Assembly (NCBI GenBank): GCA_016748015.1
Contig: JAAOMT010000735.1
Coordinates: 124,001 to 188,000 of the forward strand
Source of the DNA: Geosiphon pyriformis uo1
Taxonomy: Eukaryota; Fungi; Glomeromycota
Direction: 5' to 3'
DNA: 64,000 bases
Positions 47,388 through 60,728 of the stretch are shown here, piece by piece (within the stretch, counting starts at the first letter, position 1; the number at the start of each line of letters is the position of its first letter). The position numbers and the translations under genes were made by a program. The notes under the pieces were generated by a model. It was not told where the DNA came from. It did not search any database and saw only the letters and a program-made list of their open reading frames with translations.

Positions 47388-48329
47388 CATAAAATTATCT
47401 TATAATTCCTATCATTAATTAGCATCATTTCAAATTATCACTTATTACATTAGCAAAAATATCCGAAATTATTATTTAATTAATAATCCAAATTGTACAC
47501 AACACAAATGTAACCTAATTGCAATGATTAATCATGCAATACCCCAAACTATGTAACATTCAAAAGTTTGCCAAATTTATAGAAATTTGCCGAAATAATT
47601 GATAGTTCACCAAAATATCTAATAGTTTGTAGAAATAACTTGTAGTTCACCAAAATGTATCTTTAGTTCAGCAAAATTGTAGAAAATAGCAAAGTTCAAG
47701 TTTATAGAATAGTGTTATAACAAGTTGTATAAAAGAAGAGCTTCTCTCTTCGAGAAAATGTATCTTACTTTAGATTTTAACAATTAGAATCATTCTTTAC
47801 ACACAAAAACAAAATAAATATCAAATAATTCGAAAAATCAAATCCTGAATTATTTCACTTTTAAAATTAACTAATTCCTACTAAACAGTTTGAAATTGAT
47901 TAGCTACCAATTTCAGTAAACTGTTAGTGACTCCAGGCCTGAATAGAAAACGTTTCCCTTGACAGAAATTTTATTTCTTTTACATTTCTTTTATTTTTCT
48001 TTTATTTTCTTATTACAATCATTAGAGTAGCCTACAGACGAGATTCCTGTAGAAGAGTTGACTTTCACAGCAAAGTAACTACACATTTTTAGTGAGCTTT
48101 CAGACAAGCAATTCCTAGGAAAGAGTTGACGTTTACTACAATGTAACTACATAAAAGCAACTGGCAAGAAATTAGCCATTCCACTCATAAGCCCAGTAGC
48201 TCAAATTATAGGAGATAATTTGAGGATAAATTCAGTTATCAGAGATTCAAACACTTTCCATAATCGTAAATTAACAGCATTACAACAAACATACAAGAGC
48301 TAAGAAGAGACCAAAAACCTTCAGTAACA
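47356..48329 (+). repeat. 3' LTR of F
   Basis: Repeat of 38476-39450. Confidence 0.95.
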
Positions 48330-49135
48330 TTCTGCCTTTGATGATTCAGAGTTTCAATTTCCGAATTTTCTAGATTTAGATTTTGTTGAGTTTGAGAATT
48401 TGGGGTTTCAACTTTTGGGTTTTCAGTGATCGGGTGCTGGTAAGTAAATTCTTGATCCTCTGATTCTTCTTCCTCTTTTTCTGATTCTGCTGCTTCCTAC
48501 AGATCAGAGATTGCGAAATCTGGTGGAGGCAGTAGTGATCAAAGTCCTGATGGAATTGATGATTGTGAATTAAATCCCTTAAAGTATTTGCTATATGGTC
48601 CTAATAATTCTGTTTTCCTTTGTCTATTTTGGAATGGGAATTGTCCAAATGCTAATGTTGTAGTTAATGGGAACGCGTCTGTTGATGATATGTTGATGGC
48701 GCTTCCAGATATATAGTAATAGAATGAGTTGCTTGGGAATTCAATTCTGTTTTTCTTCCAAGTAGGTGGCTGTATTTTTCTGGGTGTTATTGCTGGTGTT
48801 TGTAGTTTTCCCTTGCCTTTACTAGCATATGTAATTGGATATCTTTGTTGAGTGTGGTGTTCAATTTCTTTGTTGATCTTAGTGATGATAGATGCAAAAT
48901 TATAATTTGTTGGCAGGTTGATGTTTTGAATTAACTTCCTATAGAAAGTTTCTCTTGCTGATTCAGTATTTACTAGTGTTCCTAATAAAGAGGAAATCTT
49001 TTCATTAACGTAGAAATTGAAGACTAATTTGGCAGATATATGATTGTGGTTTAATCCCAAGTATTGACAATAGTATTGAAATAAGGATTTTGCGAATTCC
49101 AAATGGTTTGCTCCTATATTTTCTGATTCTGCCAC
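48330..49135 (-). pseudogene. gag: gag of C, N-terminal extension
   Basis: ORF 48539-49135 (GTG start), homologous to B 11227-11604; PBS at 49184-49195. Confidence 0.88.
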
Positions 49136-49197
49136 TTTTGGATGGTGTTTGTTGGTGCTGGTTCTCTGTAGGATTATACCTCACAGGGAGCACTAAA

Positions 49198-50087
49198 TGT
49201 TACAGGTGATTATTTCTGCTGTTGAATTAAATAACAAACCTGTAATTTGGTGCTCAAAAGCTACTTCTGTGGATGAGATTCTGCAAGTGTTGTATCTGAA
49301 GATTTTGATGGAGTCTTTTGTATAATGAACAGAGGTTCAATAGCATCGATAGTAGATGTATCTTTTCAAGAGTTTTCTCAATTTCTTTCTCGGCATGGTG
49401 GCCAGATTTAATCTGGCAGTTGTGCTCTTCTGGTAAGCTATCCGATAATATATAAAATTCTACCCTTATTTCTGGGTCTTTTACCAGGCTATCCTTGACG
49501 TCAATAACTCAGTGCTTAATCTTTTAATCAATTAGTATACAACAACAAAATCAAAAAAGAAAGAAAATAAAATAAAGAAAATAAAAATAAAGAAAATAGA
49601 GAAAATAAGCCAAAGCAATTTGGTACATTAGTATTTCGTCAATAGCCATGATCAAGAGCTATTGTTCCAGCATGGTTAAATATCAATTACTATCAACATG
49701 AAGTGTTGATAGTGAAGAGTGGGTTGAGATATGGAATAATTATTTATTTGACGATTGGGAACTGAAATGTTGCTTAGAGTAAATCTAAACTGAGAGGTCT
49801 GTCTTTTTAGCTTCTAATCCTACTGCTATATATACATAATTGAGATTTCTCAATTCCTCAATTCTTTGCAACAGGAATCCTGAGATTCCTGAAATCCTGC
49901 AATTCCTGATGAGAGAAATCCTGGAATTCTGGAATCCTGCAATTCCTTATCAGGGAATCCTGAAATTTCTGGAATCCTGCAATTCCTCTGAAAAGAATTC
50001 TGGAATTCCACATTTACTATATCTACTTCTGATTGGCTAATATCTACTGACTAATAATACTATATTTCTTATATTCTATGAGTAACA
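49198..50087 (-). repeat. 5' LTR of C
   Basis: Repeat of 20166-21054; adjacent PBS. Confidence 0.95.
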
Positions 50088-51040
50088 ACATGTAAATCAA
50101 AAATATAAGAAACAAAGTTAAACAAACAGTATTAGAAAAAAAAGTATTAGACTTAATTCAAAGTAAAGATTTTAATAGAACTCAATATTAAAAAGAGGAA
50201 ATAATATTACTCATAAAAAAAATGTATAAAAAAAAATAATAGAAAAACAAATATATCAATAAAAAAGTAATAGTTAGCACATAAGTACATTGTTCAACAA
50301 TGTAGAACAATATTAGAAATTATGGCATATTGTTCAGCAATGTAAAACAATATTAGAAAATTAGGGCACATTGCTTAGCAATGTAAGCATTGCTCAAGAA
50401 ATTATAGCACATTATTTAGGAATGTGAGTGATTTTATAGAATCTAAATTTTGTATATATAGCAAGAGCATTAGAAACAAAAAAAAAGGAGAATTACCAAT
50501 ACCTTCTTATTATCACATCTCTATTAGAAGTATCAATATTAATAAATAATTATTTACTATCTAAATTATTTTCCTCATTATTAACACTTTATGTTGATAA
50601 TATCAAATATTTGATTATGCTATAACAATAGTTCTTGATCACAGCTATTGACAAGATACTAACTTTATTATCTTGGCTTACATTTTATTTCTTTAATTTT
50701 CTTTTGTATTTTATTTCTTGTTGTTGACTAATTAATTAAGCATTAAGCACTGAGTTATTAATGTCAAGGATTGCCTGGTAAAAGACCTCTGCAAAAAAGT
50801 AGATACTTAAATTTAAGAATTACTTACCAGAAGATTACCAGCCACTATGCTGAGACAGAATTGCAATTTCAAGAGGCTACTAATAAAACAACCATTGAAT
50901 CTTTGTCTATTATACAAAAAACTTCAATCCAAAACTTTTAGATCACAAAAACCTTCAGATATTACCAATACAATTGGCTATTAAGCACCAAGTTATAGAT
51001 TTGTTATTTGATTTGAAACCCCAAATAATCACTTGTAACA
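50088..51040 (+). mobile_element. 3' end of E: ORF3 tail, PPT (50190-50204) and 3' LTR (50205-51040)
   Basis: AAAAAGAGGAAATAA then TATTAC...TGTAACA; R/U5 similar to the reverse complement of the B/C LTRs; ~41-bp tandem repeats in U3 at ~50280-50430. Confidence 0.88.
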
Positions 51041-53446
51041 CTGTGTTAAATGTTTTAAAATCTGAGAAGTTCTCTAAAATACATAGTAGTTTGTTAAAGA
51101 TTTGGTCAGATTGTATTGAAATCTATACAGATGGGTCTTTGAAGAGTGTTGGTTCTGTTAATATGGTATGTAAAACAGCTGCTTACTTTTTAGCAGCAAA
51201 CATAAATATTAAAATTAAAGTAAAAGAACTTTTGTTTTCTATTTTAGCTGAGTTACAAGCTGTTATCTTGGTTCTAGAGTATGTTTTATCTTTATGTACT
51301 GTGGTTTTGTATTTTGACAGCCAATCTGCAATTAATACTTGTATGTCTAAAACTTTGTGTTTTGTGCCTAACTTTTACAATTAATGTTAAATAGAGAAAT
51401 TGCATATAGTTAATCTTATTAAAGATAAAAACATTTTGGTTAAGTGAGTAAAAGTTAAAGAACATTCAGAAATTCCAGACAATGTTAAGGCTAATGTGTT
51501 GGCTGATGAAACCACTTTTTTTTCTTTTTTTTTGCCAAGTGGGATTTAGAAACAGTTTTTAGTGACTGAAAATACAGCTGTATTTGGCAATGCTTATTAC
51601 TTTGTTCATAATCTATACTGGTCAATTTATCATGCTTGTTAGGAAACTGGTTCTGGTTATGACATAGTTCTAAGTGTTTTGATTAAGAAAATAAATTGGG
51701 CTGCTACAACAAAAATTTAGCATTTTGATTTGCATATGCTCTCTGGGTTTACTAATAAAATTTTGGTTAATTTGCATATTTATTTGATAAAAATAGTTAT
51801 ATATAATTGCCAGTAGCAGTTAGAAAGAAGTTGTATGATAAAAATTATTTTGAAGTATTGTATTTGCTGTGTAGTAAAGTAGAATTGTCTGACTATGTTT
51901 TTATTTGTACTGGTAATGTTGGTCTTTATGAAGACACTTTGGTTAAAACTGCCAAAAAATGGGTGTCATTGGCTGGTTTTTTTTGCTTATCTACTTTTGC
52001 TGTTTTGTATTTGCTGTTAACATGTTCTTTGGACATGTGTTTGTACATTATAATTTGCAAAAATTTTGTGTTGAGAAATTGGTGTACTGAAACCATTTTG
52101 GTTTTTAATGGAATAAAAACTGTTTCAATTTTTGTTAAGTTTGTTAAGTTTATGATGGAACTATATTATACTAAGATGTGACTTGTTTGGTCTAAACACA
52201 AAATATATATAGAAAAAGCTGAATTGGTTAAAAATGATGGTGTTACAGATGATTATTTGGGGTCTCAAATCAAATTACAAACTCATAACTTGGTACTTAA
52301 TAGCTGTTATGATAGTAGTATCTAAAGGTTTTGGGTTATAGTTCTTTGTATAATGGACAGAAATTCAATAGTTGTTTTATCCATAGCCTCCCAGAATCGC
52401 AATTCTGTCAAATTTTTTTCTTCAGCATAGTGGTTAGTTTATTCTGGCAGTTGTGCTCTTTTAGTAAGCTATCCTTAATTTCTGAGTTTCTTACTCTTAT
52501 TTTTGGGTCTTTTATCAGACTATCTTTGACATTAATAACTCAGCACTTAATCTTTAATCAATTAGTATACAACAAAAAAAATAAAATACAAAAGAAAATC
52601 AAAAAAATAAAATATGAACCAAAACAATAAAGTTAGTATTCTGTCAATAGCCATGATCAAAAGCTATTGTTCCAATGTGATTAAGTGTTGGATATTATTA
52701 ACATAAAGTGTTAATAATAAAGAGTTAAGTCAAATTTTCAATTAAGTAATAGTAATATATATGAAGTGATAATAAGTATGGTTTTATTTAATCTTTGATA
52801 ATCTTCACTTCAGTTAATAGTAACTAGCTTTAAAATAATAAAGGAGAGATAGGGATGAGAATTTCTATCCTGAATAGAAAATTGGTACTTTTTTTGTTTT
52901 TAACACTATTACTATATATGTATAATTTTCTTTATACAAGAAATCTTTTTTCTTTGCTAGATTTCTTACAAAATTCTTGATTTTCTGAAAAATCCTTAAC
53001 TTTTCTGAAATATTTTGGATTTCCTGAATAATCTTGAATTTCCTGAAAAATTTTTTTTTTCTATTCTTAATTGACTAATGTGTTTTTTTTTTCTCTTTTC
53101 AATTATGTATTATTTTTCTCTTTTTTAAGTTTAATAATGGTTTGGTTTCAAACTTGTCTTATTGTTTGGTGTCTAAGTTATCAGACAAAGTGGTTTATAT
53201 GCTTAGTATTGTAGAATTCTTTGCTGTTAGCTTTAGTAAAAAGAAAATTTGTTATTTCTTTTTTGGTTTGGATAGTAATATATTTGTTAATATAGATGTG
53301 TAGTGTTGTCTTGTCTAGTTCAAGTGGTTGACCACATATAGTAAAAGCATGAACTGTATTTAGTTTGAACCACTTAGTTTGGATCTATGTATTAAATAGC
53401 AATTGGGCTTCACTTATAAAACCTTATAATAATAAATAAATAAAAA
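51041..53446 (+). mobile_element. LINE1: 3' part of a non-LTR retrotransposon (RNase H, C-terminal Cys motif, 3' UTR, A-rich tail); host of the Gypsy nest
   Basis: IYTDGSL..LAELQAV..YFDSQSAI..VKVKEHS (RNase H); stop at 53301-53303; 3' UTR similar to the LINE2 3' UTR; tail TAATAATAAATAAATAAAAA. Confidence 0.88.
52241..53136 (-). mobile_element. Solo LTR (B/C/E-related) inside LINE1
   Basis: TGTTACA...TAATA ends; TSD ATGG (52237-52240/53137-53140); host frame NDGLVSNLS restored. Confidence 0.9.
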
Positions 53447-53449
53447 TTC

Positions 53450-54865
53450 CAATTAAAATTCATAATTTTGTTTAAAAACATTTTTTATAAATAAACTCAT
53501 AAAAAAAACTGGTAAAAAAATAAATATGTTTTTTAGTATTAAAAAATTATTACTTTAAAAAACATTAAACTTATTACAAACCATAAAAATATAATTTGAT
53601 AAAATTTTAGACAGAATTTTTTTGACTGTTTTAATTAAACTATTGGCTAAGTATTAATAAAAACACTTTTTTAATTATATAGTTTTAAAATTATTGAAAC
53701 TTAAATACTTTTCTAAAAAACAGAAACAAACTTTATTATTAAACAAAAATTAAACAGATTTAATAACAAATTAATAATATAATTATTATAATACGTTCAT
53801 AATTTATTTAAGATATTTAATAATTTAGCAGTTTTGTTATTAAAAAATACTTAATAATTATCAGTTTATTTAATTTAATTTTATATATAACTTTTATAAA
53901 AATAGTATTATCTATATAATTTAACAAAAAATATTAATGTTATTAATATTTAAATATTGTATTAAATTTAACATATTTTTTGGTCTAATTCTTTATAATT
54001 GAGTTAACTAATAATTTAATATCATTAAAATTCAAACTTGGTTTATTGTTTATAATTAAATAATCCAAAATATTTTTGCAAAAAGACTATTTTAAAATAT
54101 TACAAATTATCTAATTCTTATTAATAGCAAAATTTTTTATGTATTTAATTATAGTTTTATTAATTCTAATTGATTTTAATTTATAAAATTTACTATATTT
54201 TAATCTAAAATATCTTTTTTAGTTTTAAATTAAAACTATTTTATATTAAAGTTTAGATTACAAATATTTTTAAAATATTTAAAACTAATTATTTGTATAT
54301 TAATTACTTAAATTTACTACTTAAATAAACATTAAAAAACATAATAATTTTCAAAATCAACAGTTTTAATCCAAAAAATTAAAATAAAAATTTTTTTTAT
54401 AACTAAAATATTATTAAATCATAAATAAAAAAATATTTAATTAGAAAAAACACAAAATATTTTTGAATAAATCTTATATAATGTTTAAATTACTTATTAA
54501 CTTTAAATTTTCAAATATATTTGAAACTTTTAATGTTTAAAATAAAAAAATATCTTTAAACTAAATCTATTTAAAATTATTAATATTTTTAATATTAATT
54601 TTCTATTAATTTTTATTTGTTTGTTTACAAAAAAATACATATTTAAAAATTTACTAAAATTAACAAAAACTATCACAGTTTTATAATCAGTTAAAAAAAC
54701 TTTTATATATTAAAAAAAAATACCAAAATAAAATCAATCATTTTTTTAACATTATAAAAGTTTAAGTTAAAAATTTAGTAAAAAACTATTTAAAAAAAAA
54801 TAATCATACTTAAATTTAGATATTTCTTAAAACTTATATTGTATTTTAATCTATTTTTATTAAAT
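53450..54865 (-). mobile_element. LINE0: hypermutated fossil LINE fragment (endonuclease end to RT start)
   Basis: Colinear with LINE2 ~58790-60280 after C>T/G>A, e.g. cataatttatttaagatatttaataatttagcagttttg vs catagtttattagggatgttagacaagccagcagtttta; taatccaaaatatttttgcaaaaagac vs taatccagaactactttgcaaaaaggc. Confidence 0.78.
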
Positions 54866-55917
54866 TATTATTTAATATAATAAATATATTCTCATTAATA
54901 GCTTTGGCAATAATTAAATTAATAATATCTAATTTAATTAATAATTTAAATTTTATAAAACACAAATATAATTAAATTATGTAATACTTTGAATTATATA
55001 ACATTTAAAATTTATTAAAAAATATAAAATTTAATAAAATATTTAATAGTTTACTAAAATAACTTGTAGTTCAATAAAATATATCTTTAATTTACCAAAA
55101 AATTTAAAAAAAAAGTGTTAAATTATAAAATAATATTATAATAAGTTGTATAAAAGAAAAGTTTCTTTTTTTTTAAAAATATATCTTAATTAAAAATTAT
55201 TTTTTTGAGAAACAATTTAGTTAAAAAAACCAGTACAAATTAATCTAAATAAAATTCATTTTAAAAACTCAAATTTTTAATTATTATTGCTTTAAAATTA
55301 CTTATTTAAACCTAATATTTTAAATTAATTAACTATTAATTTCAATAATTGTTAATATTTTCAAATTTGAATTAAAAATAATTTTATTATACTTTTATTT
55401 TTAAGTTTATTTTTTTTATTTTATTTTATTAAATAGCTTATAATCAAAATTTTTTGTAAAAAAATTGATTTTTACAACAAAATAACTACATATTACTAAA
55501 AAGTTTACAAATAAAAAATTTTTGTAAAAAAGTTGACTTTTATTACAAAATAACTATATAAAGTAATTGATATAAAATTGGCTATTTTAATAAAACACAT
55601 AATTTAAAGTATAAAAAATACTTTAAAAAATAAATTAGTTTATTAGAGATTTAACAGCTTTTATTAACATAAAATTAATAACAAATAGTATTAACAATAA
55701 CAAAAAAAAAGACAAATAATCTCTAATAATATTTAATGTTTTTTTAAAAACAACATAACAACAATTAAATTAAAATAATAATTATATCTAAAATAATAAC
55801 TCTAAAATATTCTTAGTTAATTTATACTTAATACAAACAAAAATTTGAAATCTAAGACAAAATTATTATTGTTAAGAAAATATTTTTCTAATATATTAAA
55901 AATTAAGTTAATAATAA
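54866..55917 (+). mobile_element. Fossil Gypsy G (D/F subfamily): 5' LTR 54866-55731, PBS, start of gag
   Basis: aataacttgtagttca and aagttgtataaaagaa match the D/F LTR; ctctaataata-tttaatgttttttt = ctctggtaaca-tttggtgctctccc after transitions. Confidence 0.82.
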
Positions 55918-56036
55918 TTTTTTTTTGATATGCTTTTAATAAATAAAGCTTAATTGCTATCTAATACACAAAACCAAACAAAGTGGCCTACATACTTTTT
56001 ACATGTGACTAGCCACTCAGGCCAGACAAGGCAACA

Positions 56037-59000
56037 CTACACACCTAAAACAACACAAGGATCACAATCTAAACCAGTGAAAAAAAAACAAGACCATTGA
56101 TGGCCAAAACTAACAGCAAAAGACTCGATAACACCAAGCATTCTAACTACATTCTCTGATAATAAAAATCTGATACAATGTGACAAATCTGAAACCAAAC
56201 CATCATTACCAACCAAATTCGCTCTCTCCATATCTGCTCTATGTTTACATCTTACCAGCCAAATTTTAGAGTAATACAGTTTAGTCAACCACCTAACAAA
56301 TCCAATAATTATACAAAAAGCCTTCTTCTTCTTATCAAAAACATTGACAGCTTCTATGCACCAATCTTAAAACACAAACCCTTTACACAACACAGAATAC
56401 AAGTCCACATTTGAAGAGCACTGACCAAGAGTCTGCAAAACAACAGAAAAAAACAGGCCATTAACACCCAACAAAGAAGTCCAAAATGCAACAGCTTTAG
56501 CCAAAACCTCTTTCCAAATTCCAGCATCCAATGCACAAGTAAAAACATGATCAGGTAGTTCCATCTCACCATACAATAAACACAACACACCAGGATATCT
56601 CTTATTATATAACCTCTTCCTAACTACAACAGACAGCTGTTGGTGTACCATTTTTATCAGATATGTACACAAACTGGAAAATTTCTGACTAGTAAAGCTG
56701 GCAAGCATATAGGAGTCAAGATGCTACATCTTAGCCATAGCACTCCAGTCCACACACCTCATCAGGTCACTCAGAATAATGTTCTGGCCAGAATCAGCCT
56801 TCCAATGAGCATGACAAATAGACTAAAACACATCTCTAACAAAATAATGGGCATTGTCAGATACAGCTGTGACTTCAGCCACCAGAAAACATTTATGCAC
56901 CCTTATAGACAAAGACAACTTAGAACATGTAGTATGACCAGCAGCAGCATTAGCTTCCACATTATCCACAACTTCAGAATGGCTCTTGATCTTTACCCAC
57001 CTTATACTAAGATCTTTATTTCTAATCAAATTAAAAATGTGACATCTCTTTATCCAGTACAGAACACAAAAATCCAGCACAGCTAAAAACATTTTAGACA
57101 CATACGCATCAATGGCAGCCTAGCTGTCAAGATACAATACCACTACATAAGAGAATGAAATGCACTCCAATGCCAGAGCAACTGCCTACAACTCAGATAA
57201 AGTAGAAGACAACAGACTTTAAATCTTAATACCAACACTCAGATTCACAGAAAAAAAATATGCAGCCATGTCACCAGCAACATCAGTAGTCCCAGCATCT
57301 CTCAATAAACCATCTGTGTAGATGTTAAACAAACCAGATCATATCTCATGTAAACCACTCCAAACATTAAAGAACTCCACAGAATTCAAAACATTCAGCT
57401 CAGAAAGAAAACTACCTTTAGCAGAAACAACCAATGAAGAGTCCACATCCAGCAAAAACTTCAAAACAGTTACAAACCAGAAAAGAACAGAGCCTCTAGG
57501 ATTCAACCTCTTTCAATAACAAAAGATTTTCCAATCCATCACGTGATCTTTTTTATCAACCAGTCTATCATTAAAAGTAACACTAAAGTGTTTTAACAAA
57601 TGAACTGAGCTAAAGTAAAGAACATTTTCCAACACAAATAATATAGAAAACATACTAGGACTATGAAAGGCACTTGGCAGATTATTAGCTAAAAATAGCT
57701 TATTATCCAAGAAAATCTTAATCACACCAGCCAGAAAATTGTTTATAGGACTAACATGTAACTTAACAGGAAACTGCAAGGAGTTCAATAGAGCCCAGCC
57801 CAAAATCTGCAAATCCAAAAATCTATGATTAAATAAATGTCTAAAAATGCCAAAAACATTGAAAAATAAAACCACAGCAGCTAATTTACACTCTAACTAC
57901 ACTTGCTCAAAAGACTTTAAGCCATATAACAAGAGGTAATGTAATGCATCAACTGGAAAATCACACAGCAAATGTGTTTTAGACCTAAGGCCTTTCCGAA
58001 TCATAGTGTCTTACTTGTGGCAAACCTTCAATAAAACAAAACTAAACTGGATTCTATAACTAACAATTGGCTACAGAACAGCCAAAACCAAATAAGAGAA
58101 CTGCTTGTTAGTAATAATCTTCTTGAGCACCATATTGACAAAAAAGCATACATCTGAATGAGCTTTGGCCACACTCAGCTTAGACAACTCTTTAGTAGAC
58201 AAAAAAATACCCAAGTATTTATGAGTTTCACCCTTTCTAGCTATTGAAATTGGCTAACCACTTATGTTCAAAGAAGCCACCTTAACACCCTGATTAATAA
58301 AAATAGCCACAGTTTTCTTATTGTTGATAGAAATTTCATTGATTGCAAAAAACTCACTAGCAATATTCAGAGCATATTGCATCAACACTTGACAATCACC
58401 AACTCAAATTGTATTATTCACAAATACACCTACAGCAAAAAAAAAGGATAATCCGCTATTAGTCTCAATTTTACTAGTTTTTGCTACAAACTTAATGTCA
58501 ATTCAATAACCACACAAATGCTCATGCCTTTTAACTTTGCATAAAAGGTGATTGTAAAAAATTCTTTAGAAAAGAGATAAAAAAATTTCACTCTAATTCA
58601 AGCCATCACACACTTTGTATTTACCAATAAAACTGAAATTGATCATAATTTTATTAACCCTATTATTATGTATGCTACCAAAAAATCTGATGAATCTATT
58701 ACACATTTTGATTTAACATAGACTAGTCTCCAAGTAATGCTAACTCACAGAATCATAAGCCTTGCACATGTCCTGAAGAACCAACCAAAGTTCACAATCT
58801 TTTTTCAGAGCATTTTTGACAACCAAACCAACCACAAACATAGGAGATTGGGTAGATATACTCTTCAAAACAGAAAAGTTATCACCACAAAGAACACCAA
58901 ACTTGCTGTATGCTGAAGAGATTCTATTAGAAAAAATCTTAGAAAGAATCTTTCTGGTAGTCTTAATCAAAGCTATAGACCATATATTTGTAAGAACCCC

Positions 59001-60728
59001 ATTCCATTCATAAGGTTTAGGAATCATTAAAACCCAAGCTCTCCTTTACAAAACAAGAACACTACTGACTAACAAACACACATTCAACAACCTCAAAAGA
59101 TATCCCAACACTTTATTATTACTATGCTTCCATAGTTTATTAGGGATGTTAGACAAGCCAGCAGTTTTACCATCAGGCAGACTATTAACAACCAAAAGCA
59201 ACTTATTCAAACTGACAGCACCTATTACACCAGAAAAAGCACAATCATGCATGTAATTCAACAGAGCATACTGATGAGCCCAAAGATCAGACACCTTTAA
59301 AGGCACCACCCGTTTCTTAGTCTAACTTTTCATAATTCTATTAACATTGAGCTTTACTTCCTTAAACTCTAAAATTAATTCATCATCTACTACTAAGTAA
59401 TCCAGAACTACTTTGCAAAAAGGCCAATCTAAAACACTCCTGATCATGCTATCTTTGTTAGAACAGAAATTTTTCATGCACTTCAAAACAGCCAGTCTAA
59501 TAAAAGTTTTCTCAGCCAATCTTGACTCGTACATCTTAGATCTTTTGTATTCTTTATGAACCAATGATAAATGTCCAAGAACCATCTCAGACTTTTCACC
59601 CAAGCCAACCAAGTCAGTGAAAGCACAAGCCTTGATACTATCCAAAGTTGACCATGTTTTTATAAGACAATTGACTTCAGGCAGATCACCTGAACCAAAC
59701 TTCTTAACAATTGTGACAACCAACAATTCCAAACCAAAGAACTTAGAAGAATGTCTATTTCTAGAACAATGAAACTCACTAAACCAATGTCTCAAAAATA
59801 TTATGTCAGCTGATTCTACCACCATCTTCTCCAAAATTGCTCACATAGCATTTATATTACCATAAGTTTCAGCACCAAAAAATCTCTCAGTGACCACCAG
59901 AAGCTTGGTAAAAAGACAATCACTAAATTTAGTCTACTTGGGATCATTAACATCTTTAATTTTGAATTTTCAATAATTTTTATTAATCTGTTTATGTAAG
60001 CTATTCAACCTAACATCTAAGAGTCTACCCAAGCCAATCGAAACCAAAACAGCATTATGATTAGTGTTGAAAAAACCAGACACAGAGCAGACCTAATGAT
60101 CAGTAACAGCAGAAGAAAAATTTCCACTGACAAAAATAAAATCAATTGTCTTCTCAACTCCCTGTGAATTGCTTCATGTGAAAGTCTTTGCCATATGATA
60201 ATTGGCAAACAAATTAACCAAACCCAAATCCAAACAAAACCTGAAAGTTGTATTCCTTCCAGACCCATTTTCATTAAAATTCCCACCCAAAACCACAAAA
60301 GTGTTAGAGTTAATGGCTTCTACAATTACAGAGTTTACTTTTAAAGCCTGACCAAATCTCGTCTTAAAAAAGGCACCAACATACAAACCCAGAATCATGA
60401 CTGAAAGCTTGCCTTTAAACAAAAGCCAAATTGAAATAATTAGGCCAGAAATTTCTTTAATCTTAGACACATGGCAAGTCAAAGAATTGTTCATAATTAC
60501 AGCAACTTCAATGCCAAAAAAATATTTATCTGAGCCAGATGTAAAGACACACACACTCTCAAACTTATTAGCAATCCAAGAGTTAATACTGGACCTCAAT
60601 TTAGTTTCTGTAACAAAAAACACCATATTACCAGAATTTACATGCCATTATACAACATCCACTTGCTTTGTAGGAACATTGATACTGTGAACATTGCACA
60701 TAGCAAACTTCTACATCAAACCACTTAT
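56037..60728 (-). pseudogene. LINE2 ORF2: AP endonuclease, RT, RNase H, C-terminal Cys motif
   Basis: CNVHSIN..VTETKL..LGGNFN (APE); IPKP..IALI, QDMCKAYDSV, FVNN (decayed FVDD, ~58410) (RT); IYTDG at ~57310 (RNase H); CLLYGEMELPDHVFTC. Confidence 0.88.

Larger units (their letters stand above)
38476..48329 (+). mobile_element. Full-length Gypsy element F (D subfamily) inserted in gag of C
   Basis: LTRs 38476-39450 and 47356-48329; PBS 39453-39465; PPT 47343-47355; TSD imperfect. Confidence 0.95.
20166..50087 (-). mobile_element. Full-length Gypsy element C, carrying nested D and F; inserted in ORF3 of E
   Basis: LTRs 20166-21054 and 49198-50087; TSD ACGT (20162-20165)/ACAT (50088-50091); PBS and PPT present. 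Confidence 0.95.

Noticed and set aside
50974-51384. ORF spanning the LTR end and RNase H as a host gene
   Set aside because: Chance read-through from the E LTR into LINE1 ORF2; the junction is at 51040/51041.
53450-55917. AT-rich tract as centromere, origin or organellar insertion
   Set aside because: Explained by colinear alignment to LINE and Gypsy relatives in the window.
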